A stretch of 64,000 nt of DNA, taken from the NCBI GenBank assembly GCA_032128875.1, contig JAVLKG010000005.1, positions 1-64,000 of the forward strand. Direction: 5' to 3'. The translations under genes were made by a program, and so were the position numbers. This document shows positions 9,362 through 18,286 of the stretch, piece after piece. The stretch comes from Candidatus Melainabacteria bacterium 17Bon1m (GTDB lineage: Bacteria; Cyanobacteriota; Vampirovibrionia; Obscuribacterales; Obscuribacteraceae). A model generated the notes under the pieces. It was not told the DNA's origin, did not search any database, and worked only from the letters and a program-made list of their open reading frames with translations. Numbering within the stretch: the first letter of the stretch is position 1; each line of letters begins with the position of its first letter.

Positions 9362-10759
9362 ATGATGTCAATGATTATCATCGGAGCACTGATTGTGCTG
9401 GGAATCGGGCTTGCTGCCAAGCTCTTCCTGGACAAGAAAGAGTCTCCGTACCGGATCACGCTTGGGGAGTATGCCATCGCTGGCGGTGTCATGCTGGCGC
9501 TGGTGATTCCCGGCACCACCTGGCTCGGCTACAAGATGGCCTTCCAGAATGCCGTCACGTACGAGGAGTACTGGGGCGGTCAGGAGGTTCAAGCCGAATG
9601 GAAGAAGATCGCATGCGACCGGGACGGCGCTGCTGCGCATACCTATCGCTGCGATCCCTACAAGGTGCGGGTCTCGTACGACTGCTCGTATTACACCGGC
9701 ACCGGCAAGAACCGGCGGCGCGTGTCCAAAACCTGCTACAGGTGGGAGACGCGCTATCACAGCTGCCCGTATGTGACCGAGGAGTGGACTTTCCTGGTTC
9801 ACACCACGCTCGGTACGTTCACCCTTGCCGCCAACAACTTCCCCAACAATCCGGAGAACTACCGCTACACGAGCCCGAAAGGGTACTCGGAACCGGCACC
9901 GGCTGATGTTCCGCGCGGCATCCCTGCTTTCTGGCAGGAAGCCAAAAACCGGCTTGACGCCAACAAGCCCGGTCCGGTCACTGTGCGCAAGGAGTACGAC
10001 AACCTCATCCTGGCGTCGCAGCACACAATCCTGAAGAAGTACAGCCAGGACATTCAGCGCTACTCGAAAGAGGGGATGTTTCCAACAATCTCCTCCTCGG
10101 TGCGCGATTTCTACATGGCTGATCGTGTCTACTTTGTCGGCTTGAATCCCGATTCTCGCTGGCAGTGGCACATCAACTACTTCAACGGCGCTCTCGGCTA
10201 CGAGCTGCAGGGTGACTTGCATCTCGTCCTCGTCAACGCCGACAAGGTGAGCGACCCGGACAACTACGCTGGCGCTCTGGCTGCCTACTGGCAGTCGCCT
10301 GAGCGTCAGCCCAACGCGTTGTCGAAAAACGCAATTCTCGTCGTCCTCGGCGTCAAGGGCGACAAGGTCGACTGGGCAAGGGCGACGACGGGCATGCCTC
10401 GTGGCAACGAAAAGATGCTCATCGAAATCCGCGACCAGTTGAAGGGTGCTCCGTACGACCCCAGGTCCATCCTCGGGGTTCCGCAAGGAGAGCTGGTGAA
10501 CGACGGCGGCCAAGCGAAGGTGCGCATCGTTCATGGTCCCGACCAGGGCGTGCTGGAGAGCATCGTATTTGGTGCCAACAAATTCCAGCGCGTTCGCATG
10601 ACGGACTACCAGTACCTCGCGCACGAGATCGAGCCGGACTCCGGACAGAAGGGGTGGATCTACTTCTTCATCGTTCTCTTCGGCTGCATCGCGTGGGGCA
10701 TCTGCATCAAGGTCGGCACGCCGGCCATTCGTTCGCGTCGCGACCCGTTCAAGCGGTAA
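9362..10759 (+). CDS. Membrane protein, TPM-like region (copy 2)
   Basis: GAGGA SD; shares ETRYH.CP..TEEWTF, ELQGDLHLV and WARA.TGMPRGNE with 7001..8380. Confidence 0.85.
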   Translation: MMSMIIIGALIVLGIGLAAKLFLDKKESPYRITLGEYAIAGGVMLALVIPGTTWLGYKMAFQNAVTYEEYWGGQEVQAEWKKIACDRDGAAAHTYRCDPYKVRVSYDCSYYTGTGKNRRRVSKTCYRWETRYHSCPYVTEEWTFLVHTTLGTFTLAANNFPNNPENYRYTSPKGYSEPAPADVPRGIPAFWQEAKNRLDANKPGPVTVRKEYDNLILASQHTILKKYSQDIQRYSKEGMFPTISSSVRDFYMADRVYFVGLNPDSRWQWHINYFNGALGYELQGDLHLVLVNADKVSDPDNYAGALAAYWQSPERQPNALSKNAILVVLGVKGDKVDWARATTGMPRGNEKMLIEIRDQLKGAPYDPRSILGVPQGELVNDGGQAKVRIVHGPDQGVLESIVFGANKFQRVRMTDYQYLAHEIEPDSGQKGWIYFFIVLFGCIAWGICIKVGTPAIRSRRDPFKR

Positions 10760-10888
10760 GCGACAAGTTTCTGCAACGTTAACCGGCGCTGCGCAAAGTG
10801 CGCAGTGCCAAACGCTGGGCGTCAAAACCCGGCACTTCGTTCAAACCCGCCGCCACAAGCGGCAACAAAACTCGTAAGGAGAATTCGT

Positions 10889-11524
10889 ATGAAGAAGCTC
10901 ATCGTCATCGGCGTCATCGCCGCAGTCGTGCTCGGCCTCATCGGCTGGGGCATCAGCACCTACACCGAAATCCGCAACGACGGCCGCAACACCGAGCTGT
11001 CCATCACGGCGAAGTACAAGGCCATGCAGGCCAGCTACGGGCAGGACCGCCTCGCCCTCACCGACCAGCTCGGCATCGCCCGCGAGAAGCGTGACGCGAT
11101 GGACAAGATCCTGACGGATGCCGTCAGCGGTCGCTACAACAAGCCGGGTTCGCCGCAGGTGGACAACGGCAAGCTGTTCTCGGCCATCACCGAGGCCTAT
11201 CCCGACCTCACCGGTCTGAACATCTTCGACCAGATCATGCCGTTCATCACGAAGATGCGCAGCAAGTTCGCGCAGGACCAGGCTCAGATCTCGGAGATGA
11301 TCCGCGACTACAACTCGTGGCGCACGACCGGCAGCTTCCTGCACCCGACCTTCGTCAACTGGGCGGGCTTCCCGAGCGACGCGCTCGAGATGCAGGCCAA
11401 CGGCAACACCTACCGCGGCAAGGAAGCGCTCGACCGCATGTCGCGTCCGATCATCGGCTCCGACACCGGCGTCATCTTCGACACGGGCGTGGACCAGCCG
11501 GGCGTCACTCCCGAGAAGAAGTAA
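10889..11524 (+). CDS. LemA-like protein (copy 2)
   Basis: AAGGAG SD before ATG 10889; shares IAREKRDA, EAYPD and WRTTGS.LHPTFV.WAGFPS with copy 1. Confidence 0.8.
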   Translation: MKKLIVIGVIAAVVLGLIGWGISTYTEIRNDGRNTELSITAKYKAMQASYGQDRLALTDQLGIAREKRDAMDKILTDAVSGRYNKPGSPQVDNGKLFSAITEAYPDLTGLNIFDQIMPFITKMRSKFAQDQAQISEMIRDYNSWRTTGSFLHPTFVNWAGFPSDALEMQANGNTYRGKEALDRMSRPIIGSDTGVIFDTGVDQPGVTPEKK

Positions 11525-11860
11525 TTGCGCAGCCGAGGTCATCTGTTGGGTTCGCAGAACTCAGCACTTGGCTCTCGGCGACGCAATAGCTGATGTTCTG
11601 CAGGGCAGGGCAACCTGCCTTGCAGGCATTGGCGGCATTGGCGCTCCGGCGCCTTTGCTCTTGAGCGGTTTTATACTATTGCAAGTGGTAGAGTCGGATG
11701 CAAAATAGAGAGCACTGCATGTGGTGGCTGTAGTTTTGCTTGGGTCGGTAATTGCGCTCGGGATGCACAATCTTACGAAGCCCTGCTCCACGCTTGTATT
11801 CGCGCGAAGCAGAGCCTCGAATTGAATTTTTAGTTTTTCTGGACTGCAGGTGACGACTCT

Positions 11861-12094
11861 CTACCTTCTGTCGCTTCCTCCGTAATATTTATCCGGATTG
11901 TTCGAAGGCATGTCCTTGTCGTGTATCTCGTCGTGCGGATCTCGTCCATGCGGGTTCGGTCCGCGTGGATTTGGTCCGTACGGATTTTGAATCTCCGGTT
12001 CGTCATAGCGAGTTTTGTCCTGGAGCATTACTCCTGGACTTACCGCTTGGACAGCCAGAGACATAGACACGCACAACAATAGTGGTGACGCCAT
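11861..12094 (-). CDS. Small secreted protein with NPxGP repeats
   Basis: AAGGAGGT SD before ATG 12094; signal-peptide-like N-terminus; NPYGP-NPRGP-NPHGR-DPHDE. Confidence 0.6.
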   Translation of the reverse strand: MASPLLLCVSMSLAVQAVSPGVMLQDKTRYDEPEIQNPYGPNPRGPNPHGRDPHDEIHDKDMPSNNPDKYYGGSDRR

Positions 12095-12394
12095 TGGCAC
12101 CTCCTTGAGGCTATTCAAATTGGGAGAGGAAAGGATTCGGTGGGTACGAAACGCAAACCGAAATACGAGCTTTCGCTCGGGGAGATATGCGCAACGCGCT
12201 TCTACCCTAGTTTTTTGAGCGTGAAGGATGCGTGAAGTAACCGCCCTTGTTTTCAATTGTGAATGATTGGAAACTAAACGCTTGAAAGAGCGCTGCTATC
12301 GGTCAGGCTGCCGAGCTTGCGGGACAACATTTTGTCGATGTTTGTCACTGAAATTGTTGCTGCTCTATGGGCTCTGCGACAGCTGCGCGCTTTT

Positions 12395-12595
12395 CTATTT
12401 GCGGGGCGGACCGAAGATGAAGAATAAGAGCTTGATCGCGAAGATCCAGATCAGTACTCGGAATAGCAGTTCGAAGAACATTTGCATGATGGAGCGCGTG
12501 CCTTCGGGATTGCCGATGGAACACCCAACTATCAAGCTGATTAGGACCAAAACTGCCAGAGCAATCCAAGTAATTGGCTGTTTCAAGAGTTTCAT
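12395..12595 (-). CDS. Small two-TM membrane protein
   Basis: 66 aa, two hydrophobic segments. Confidence 0.6.
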   Translation of the reverse strand: MKLLKQPITWIALAVLVLISLIVGCSIGNPEGTRSIMQMFFELLFRVLIWIFAIKLLFFIFGPPRK

Positions 12596-12670
12596 GTTTT
12601 GCTCATTTAAAGTTGAAGGTCGCTGATAAGTTGCGGCTTTCAGCGACCTAGTTGAGAGGTTGATGCACGT

Positions 12671-13360
12671 TTAGACTCTGGTCAGAAATTCCAGAGCTTG
12701 CCTTCCCGTCAACGATTTTGGAGCCCAGCAGATTGTCTTGCCAGGGTGACGGAAAAGTTTTGCCGCATACCACACGACTGTCGGATTGAGCTTGGCCAGT
12801 GCTTCGATGTTTGACATGACCATTTCACGCTCGGACTGTGACAGCTTTGCGATGCGGTTCTTGTAGCCGGCGGTAGTGCCATACAAGACTTCGCGCAGCA
12901 GCGCAGCATTCAGCCGTACGATGCCTTTCCGCTTCGAGACTTTGTCCATTTCGCTATCTTGGCTGTTGAGCAGCATAAGGTTTTCGTGGCGAAATGGCGC
13001 TTTTGGTAGATCACCAACTCGCTGATGTCCGCCAGCTTGCGCCGGTCCAACATAAACTTGTTGAGTTTCACGCGCGAGTTGAGTGAAGAGAGCCAGCTTC
13101 TCTTCTCCCTTGCGAGTTCTCGAATCCGTGCCTGTTTCCACCCTGTAGACCAACTCCATTAGTTGCCACTCCGCAGAACGAATCAACCAATGGGTCGGCA
13201 GAAGCTTTACGAAGCACCATGCAATCGAGCCAACTACGATAGTTCCGACTAGCACAAGCAGTGGACTTGTAACGTAATTGTCGATGTGTGTGGCGATCAG
13301 GAGGCTAACAATGACAATCAGCAGAAAGAGGATGATGGTGTAGAGGATTCTCAGCGTCAT
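12671..13360 (-). CDS. Hypothetical membrane protein
   Basis: AAGGA SD; 2 N-terminal TMs and a soluble domain. Confidence 0.75.
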   Translation of the reverse strand: MTLRILYTIILFLLIVIVSLLIATHIDNYVTSPLLVLVGTIVVGSIAWCFVKLLPTHWLIRSAEWQLMELVYRVETGTDSRTRKGEEKLALFTQLARETQQVYVGPAQAGGHQRVGDLPKAPFRHENLMLLNSQDSEMDKVSKRKGIVRLNAALLREVLYGTTAGYKNRIAKLSQSEREMVMSNIEALAKLNPTVVWYAAKLFRHPGKTICWAPKSLTGRQALEFLTRV

Positions 13361-13671
13361 GGTCTGTCCTTTCCGGCGGTAATGTCGGTTTCTCGTTCGC
13401 TGGTATGTCGGGAAAGCCGATGATGGCGCCTTTGGCTGAGTGGAACCTGTACGAGATGGGGAAGAAATAACAATTCAAGTATTGAGGTGTGCGAACGTCA
13501 AAAGGAAGAAATTTTTGTGCGTTTTTATCTCGTTTTGCCTTCTAATTTTGATTGGCACAAGCGCAGCTGTGACTGAATTTCGTAGAAGCGGCACATGTTT
13601 TTTGCAATATGCGTGCAGGTTTTCTTGAGGCGTGCAGAACTTGAACTTTATCAAAACAGCGCATTAAGCAA

Positions 13672-13702
13672 AAAGAAAAGACCGGGGGCCGGTCTTTTCT
13701 TT
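13672..13702. terminator. Bidirectional intrinsic terminator-like hairpin
   Basis: AAAGAAAAGACCGG-GGG-CCGGTCTTTTCTTT. Confidence 0.55.
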
Positions 13703-13878
13703 ATCTTCTTCTTCTTTCCTTAAATTCTGTCGTCCGCAGCGCGTGTTCGACTGATTGAAATTTACGCGCAGCTCCGTGCAAATCTCGTGCAATTGGACGA
13801 TTGATTGTCGAACAGTTTTGCGACTGTCCGGGTAACTTGCGCTAATTTAGGATATATGGCTATAGAAAAAACAGGGCG

Positions 13879-13973
13879 CGTGCAACGCGCCCCCACGCTG
13901 TTATGGTCCCGTGCAACGCGCCCCCACGCTGTTATGGTCCCGTGCAACACGCCCCCACGCCGTTATGGTCCCG
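13879..13973. repeat. 31-bp tandem repeat, 3 copies
   Basis: CGTGCAACGCGCCCCCACGCTGTTATGGTCC at 13879, 13910 and 13941 (third copy has 2 changes); overlaps the kinase stop codon. Confidence 0.9.
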
Positions 13974-14904
13974 CACATTCTAATTCAATAGTAAAACGGG
14001 TGCCTTTGCCGACTTCGCTAGTCGCAGTGATAGAACCATCGTGCGCCTCCACAATGGCCTTGCATATTGCGAGCCCTAGTCCAGTACCACCCTTTTCGCT
14101 TGCGTCTGTAGCTTCTACTTGTGCAAATCGATCGAAAATTCTTTCTAACTGATTTGCCGGAATTCCACGTCCATGATCTTCGACATAGATTTCTACACGC
14201 TCCAGCGAGCATTCTTTCATGTGTGTGCCAATGGTGACGACGTCGCCTTCCTTCGAGAACTTCACAGCATTGGACAGGAGATTAACCAAAAGCTGAATCA
14301 TTCTTTTTCTATCGACAAAGACAGGGTTGTGGTCGCCTTTGGCCTCCAGTAACACCTTGTGCTTCTCCGCAAAACCACGAACGGTTTCCAGCGCTTGTTC
14401 TACAAGAGTCATAGCATCAGCGCTTTCCAGCTCCAATTGCAGTTTTCCGGCTTGCATCTTTTCGATGTCGAGCAAGTCGCTGATGAGTGAGATCAATTGA
14501 TTGCAATTTCGTGTTGCTGATGCCAGGCGCGATTTGCCAGTTTCTTGTAATTCGCCATAGACGCCTTTTGCAATCATGTCCAGAGACATTTGTATTGAAG
14601 AAAGGGGTGTCTTCAGGTCGTGGCTGATCATCTGCACGAACTCTTGTTTGATGCGATCTACCTCGCGAGCGGCGGTGACGTCGTGTGCAACGCAATATAG
14701 AATTTGTTCTTGCTCTGACCATTGAGCAGTCCACAGCATTATTTTGGTGGCGCCGGATTTGGTTCTGATTCTGTTTTCAAATGGTTGGCCAGTCTTTTCT
14801 GCTTTGATTTTTTCAATGGCTTCCAATGTTTTCTCAACATCATCAGGCAGCAATAGAGTGAGCACTCTTTTGGCTTCCAGCTCCTCGGGTTCGTAGCCCC
14901 AACG
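13963..14904 (-). pseudogene. 5'-truncated PAS-HisKA-HATPase sensor histidine kinase
   Basis: SHDLKTPL H-box, NLLSNAVKF, DHGRGI, GGTGLGL. The PAS domain starts mid-domain (RWGYEPEEL) right after an in-frame TAG at 14907-14905; no proper start. Confidence 0.7.
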
Positions 14905-15064
14905 CTATCCGAGTGGTTACTTCCTGACCACAGCTGACGGATTGATCCATAACGGTTACTACCAGTGCATTCGCGCTGTAGTCGCTCCGAGAGCAGGTAC
15001 TGCTTTCGGCCCCACGTCGTATACATGCCCATAAACAAAAATAGACGATAAAGGCCCAATACTT

Positions 15065-15097
15065 AGAGCTGAGGATCACAGATCCTCAGCTCTTTTT
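15065..15097 (+). terminator. Intrinsic terminator
   Basis: 13-bp perfect stem AGAGCTGAGGATC-ACA-GATCCTCAGCTCT followed by a T run. Confidence 0.75.
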
Positions 15098-15141
15098 CTA
15101 TTCGTTAGTTATAATGCGCTTCTCTAAAGAGGGATAAAGCC

Positions 15142-15564
15142 ATGCGATTATTCTGTCTCATATTGGTTATTTTCACTATGTCTTTTTGTCTCCCTTGCAT
15201 TGCTGCTCCTAAGATTGGAGTCTCTGCCGGAGGCTGCAAAATAACAGGTTCTGCACCAAAGGATTGGCGGCAGCGGCTACAGAATTCAATTGCAAACAAA
15301 ATTGAGATGCAACCGAGCTACAAAACTCTGGTTCAAAAATTGGGAAAACAACAAATAGTTTGTCAAATGACATTGAAGGCTGTTCTCGGAGATCAACTTG
15401 AAGCATCCGAAGTAAAAATCTTAAACGGCTCCCTCTCTGAAGAACTTGATCAAAAATTTCTAGAATTGCTGAAGAATACGTCTCCTTATGAAAATATTCC
15501 TTCAATTTGGAAATTAGTAGTATCAGTACGTTTTGAGGAACATCCGCAAGTCCAATTCCTTTAA
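15142..15564 (+). CDS. Secreted hypothetical protein (weak TonB/TolA C-terminal-like pattern)
   Basis: Signal peptide; 'GSLSEELDQKFLELLKNTSPY..IP' resembles the TolA/TonB_2 C-terminus. Confidence 0.6.
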   Translation: MRLFCLILVIFTMSFCLPCIAAPKIGVSAGGCKITGSAPKDWRQRLQNSIANKIEMQPSYKTLVQKLGKQQIVCQMTLKAVLGDQLEASEVKILNGSLSEELDQKFLELLKNTSPYENIPSIWKLVVSVRFEEHPQVQFL

Positions 15565-15606
15565 ACGTTTGCGAATTAATCACCTGAAAACACTTTTTTT
15601 TTGCCC

Positions 15607-15638
15607 AATCACCTAGTAGACCGGTCTACTAAGTGATT
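15607..15638. promoter_or_regulatory. 32-bp near-perfect palindrome, candidate operator
   Basis: AATCACCTAGTAGACC|GGTCTACTAAGTGATT, one mismatch, no loop. Confidence 0.55.
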
Positions 15639-15834
15639 CTGATAGATAATACATAACGCCCGGTTATCGGACTTGCATTTGAGATTCGAATTGCATTTCT
15701 TGACTTAACACCCACATTAAGTTCACCGTTAGGATTGAACTTTTTGCTCGCTCAATACGTATAGAGAAATATCGGGCATTTGTCGAACGTACCGATGTAT
15801 CTGAAAGTCGCCTGCTGTTGCGTGGGAGTTTGCT

Positions 15835-16917
15835 ATGCCAATCAAAACTAAAGTCTGCACCTCGCTTTGTTCCAAAATGTCAGTGATGGTTTTCCTGACA
15901 GGTTTTGCTCTGGTTGTGGGGACTTGCGCGAGTTTAGCCCAGCCGATGGATAGGCATGCACTGATAGAACGATTTCGACAGGCTCGAGCGAACGGCACAT
16001 TGGGGCATGGTGGGATGCGTGGGATGGGCGCTATGGGCAGTATGGGCGGTGATCAAGCGCGCAATTGGCAGAACTTGAGAGGACAGCGCGAACGTGGGCA
16101 ATCACAGATTGACCCTAAGGCGTTGGAGTCTATAGATCGGCAGTTGGACATTGCGTATGGTTCGGGTCCCCTGGAAAAGCTCGATGTTTATACGCCGAAA
16201 GCCAAACCTGCAGTGAAGATGCCTATTCTCGTCTTCTTGCATGGAGGTGGCTGGCGCATTGGAGACAAGCAGCAGCACGGTGGAAAGGGCGTACTTTTCG
16301 CACAAAACAATATCGTTTTTGTGAATGTCAATTATGGTTTGGCACCACAGGTAGTGCATCCGAACCAAGCTTTAGATGTCGCTAGAGCCATTGGTTATGC
16401 CATTGATCATGCCCCGGAATGGGGTGGTGATCCAGACCGCATTTTTCTTATGGGACATTCCGCAGGCGCTCATTTAGTTGATTTAATAGCCACGAATCAG
16501 CGTTTTCTAAATCAGGTCGGAGTAAAACCAACGAGCATCAAAGGTGTAATAAGTTTGGACACCGCATCGTTAGACCTTTTGAAGAGGACAAAGGAAGACT
16601 CGTTTGAAGGGCAACACGTCGGCGCGATGATTGAACAGGCATTTGGGCGTGACCCGTCCGCGCTTAAAGATGGCTCTCCGACACTTAATATTCACAAGGG
16701 GTCTTACTACCCACCGTTTCTTATGTTTTGTGGCGAACGCAGGAAGACATGCCTGGAACAACACCAGGAATTTGCTCGTCAAATCAACAGCGTGGGTGCA
16801 AAAGTAGCAGTTAAGCCAGTGGCACTTTCTCACAGGGATATCAATCTTGCGGCCGGGAACCGCAGCACTGAGATATTCAGGGAGAGTAAAGCTTTTATTG
16901 AGAGCGGCAGGTTATAG
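15835..16917 (+). CDS. Secreted alpha/beta hydrolase (HSL-like carboxylesterase)
   Basis: HGGGW oxyanion motif, GHSAG nucleophile elbow, C-terminal His; signal-like N-terminus. Confidence 0.9.
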   Translation: MPIKTKVCTSLCSKMSVMVFLTGFALVVGTCASLAQPMDRHALIERFRQARANGTLGHGGMRGMGAMGSMGGDQARNWQNLRGQRERGQSQIDPKALESIDRQLDIAYGSGPLEKLDVYTPKAKPAVKMPILVFLHGGGWRIGDKQQHGGKGVLFAQNNIVFVNVNYGLAPQVVHPNQALDVARAIGYAIDHAPEWGGDPDRIFLMGHSAGAHLVDLIATNQRFLNQVGVKPTSIKGVISLDTASLDLLKRTKEDSFEGQHVGAMIEQAFGRDPSALKDGSPTLNIHKGSYYPPFLMFCGERRKTCLEQHQEFARQINSVGAKVAVKPVALSHRDINLAAGNRSTEIFRESKAFIESGRL

Positions 16918-17059
16918 CACCGCAAGCGTCCAAGAATTGGTAATGACAATCTTGCCGATTGTCACGCTCGAAAACGTCAAAAATGGCGTCTAATGATTAA
17001 TTCCGATTGCCAAGGGTGGAAATATTTGTTCCGTGTAATAAACTAAAGCGTCATTCGGT

Positions 17060-17076
17060 TTGAGAATGATTCTCAA
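17060..17076. promoter_or_regulatory. Fur-box-like palindrome
   Basis: TTGAGAAT-G-ATTCTCAA, perfect 8-1-8 inverted repeat resembling the 7-1-7 Fur consensus TGATAATnATTATCA, about 66 bp before the operon start. Confidence 0.7.
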
Positions 17077-17142
17077 TAAGACAAAGTTTTGTCAGTGCTG
17101 ATTGCGCCACGGGCACTGCAGGTATCCAATGGAAGTAAGGTT

Positions 17143-18267
17143 ATGAGCAACAACAACGCATCAAGGAAATTCGGATTTGGAATCGAAGCGGAGTATTTGC
17201 TGCTCGACCAAAACTTCCGGCCCTTGTTTGCTGAAGACCTTGATTTTGAAACCCTTCGCGATTGTGTAGACAGCATTCCGACTGCTGACCTCGGCACGGA
17301 CGGATTCAACACAAAGCCGCTGCATAAGCACGCAAATCCCTACTTGATCGAAGGTTACTATCTCACTGATGAGCAAATGAAGCCGCATACTTTATTGCCG
17401 AAGGGCATCGAGGTGCGCACCCCAATCCGTTCTTCCATCGATGAAACAATTAGTGTGCTCGCTGATGCTACGGAAAGATTACGCAGCCGCGTCGAATCAG
17501 AGTTTGGTTATCACCTGTGCACAATCTCGCATCATCCGACTAAGAGCAACTTTCAAGCCGCGCCTAATTACAAGCGCCATGATTACTGGCAGTGGGCGCT
17601 GGCGGCGATGACGACTTTCGGACCCGATATCAATATCAGTTTGCCTGAAAAAATAGCAGCAGAAGTAGATCAAAAGGCGCTCAACCAACGGATAAATTTC
17701 TACATGCCTGCGGTTGTTGCACTCACTTTCTCTTCGCCATTGATTGACAGTAAGCTTTGGAAAGAAGACGGCATTGCCGGTAGATCGGTGCGGACATACA
17801 AGCGCTCGCAGTGGGCTCCTCTGTATTATGTTCATACAGAACCAGCGTTGCGTTTTGAGTTTAAGGGCTTCGAGATGCCCCTGCAGTTCAGCGATTACAG
17901 AGCGTTTTTCCTTCTGTCCCTTGCTCTTTTGCTCGACCCCTCGCTTACTCTGAAAACCGGCGACGAGGAGCGAATCGCAAATCTAAGGTATTTTGCTGTG
18001 CATGGGCTTGATTCTGAAGCGTCGAAAGTATGTGCAAGAACATTACTGAAAGCCGCGGAACGGACAGCATTGCGTTTATCCCTGGACGCGTCTTGTTTGT
18101 CTCCACTCTGGCGCCGTCTGGAGGCTGGAAACGTGCCTGCCGATCAAATTTCACGGGCGTTTAGAACAGAAACATCATTGGAGAAGGCACTCGAGCATTT
18201 TGTTGTGAAACCCGCAGCGACCGCGTTTGGCGTCAACTCTGCACACGCGACATCTATGCCTCGCTAA
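17143..18267 (+). CDS. Glutamate-cysteine ligase family 2 (GCS2/YbdK-like) carboxylate-amine ligase
   Basis: FGIEAEYLLLD, IEVRTP, TFGPDINISLP, ALTFSSP and RFEFKGFE parallel the GCS2 motifs. Confidence 0.75.
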   Translation: MSNNNASRKFGFGIEAEYLLLDQNFRPLFAEDLDFETLRDCVDSIPTADLGTDGFNTKPLHKHANPYLIEGYYLTDEQMKPHTLLPKGIEVRTPIRSSIDETISVLADATERLRSRVESEFGYHLCTISHHPTKSNFQAAPNYKRHDYWQWALAAMTTFGPDINISLPEKIAAEVDQKALNQRINFYMPAVVALTFSSPLIDSKLWKEDGIAGRSVRTYKRSQWAPLYYVHTEPALRFEFKGFEMPLQFSDYRAFFLLSLALLLDPSLTLKTGDEERIANLRYFAVHGLDSEASKVCARTLLKAAERTALRLSLDASCLSPLWRRLEAGNVPADQISRAFRTETSLEKALEHFVVKPAATAFGVNSAHATSMPR

Positions 18268-18286
18268 CACAGGACTCTTGCCCGTC

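Noticed and set aside
7001-11524. Prophage
   Set aside because: No integrase, structural, terminase or lysis genes nearby
11698-11733. Trp-attenuator-like mini-ORF MQNREHCMWWL
   Set aside because: No good SD, no co-oriented downstream gene and no terminator/antiterminator evident; likely chance
13879-13973. CRISPR array (31-bp repeats)
   Set aside because: Units are directly adjacent with no spacers, and there are no cas genes in the window
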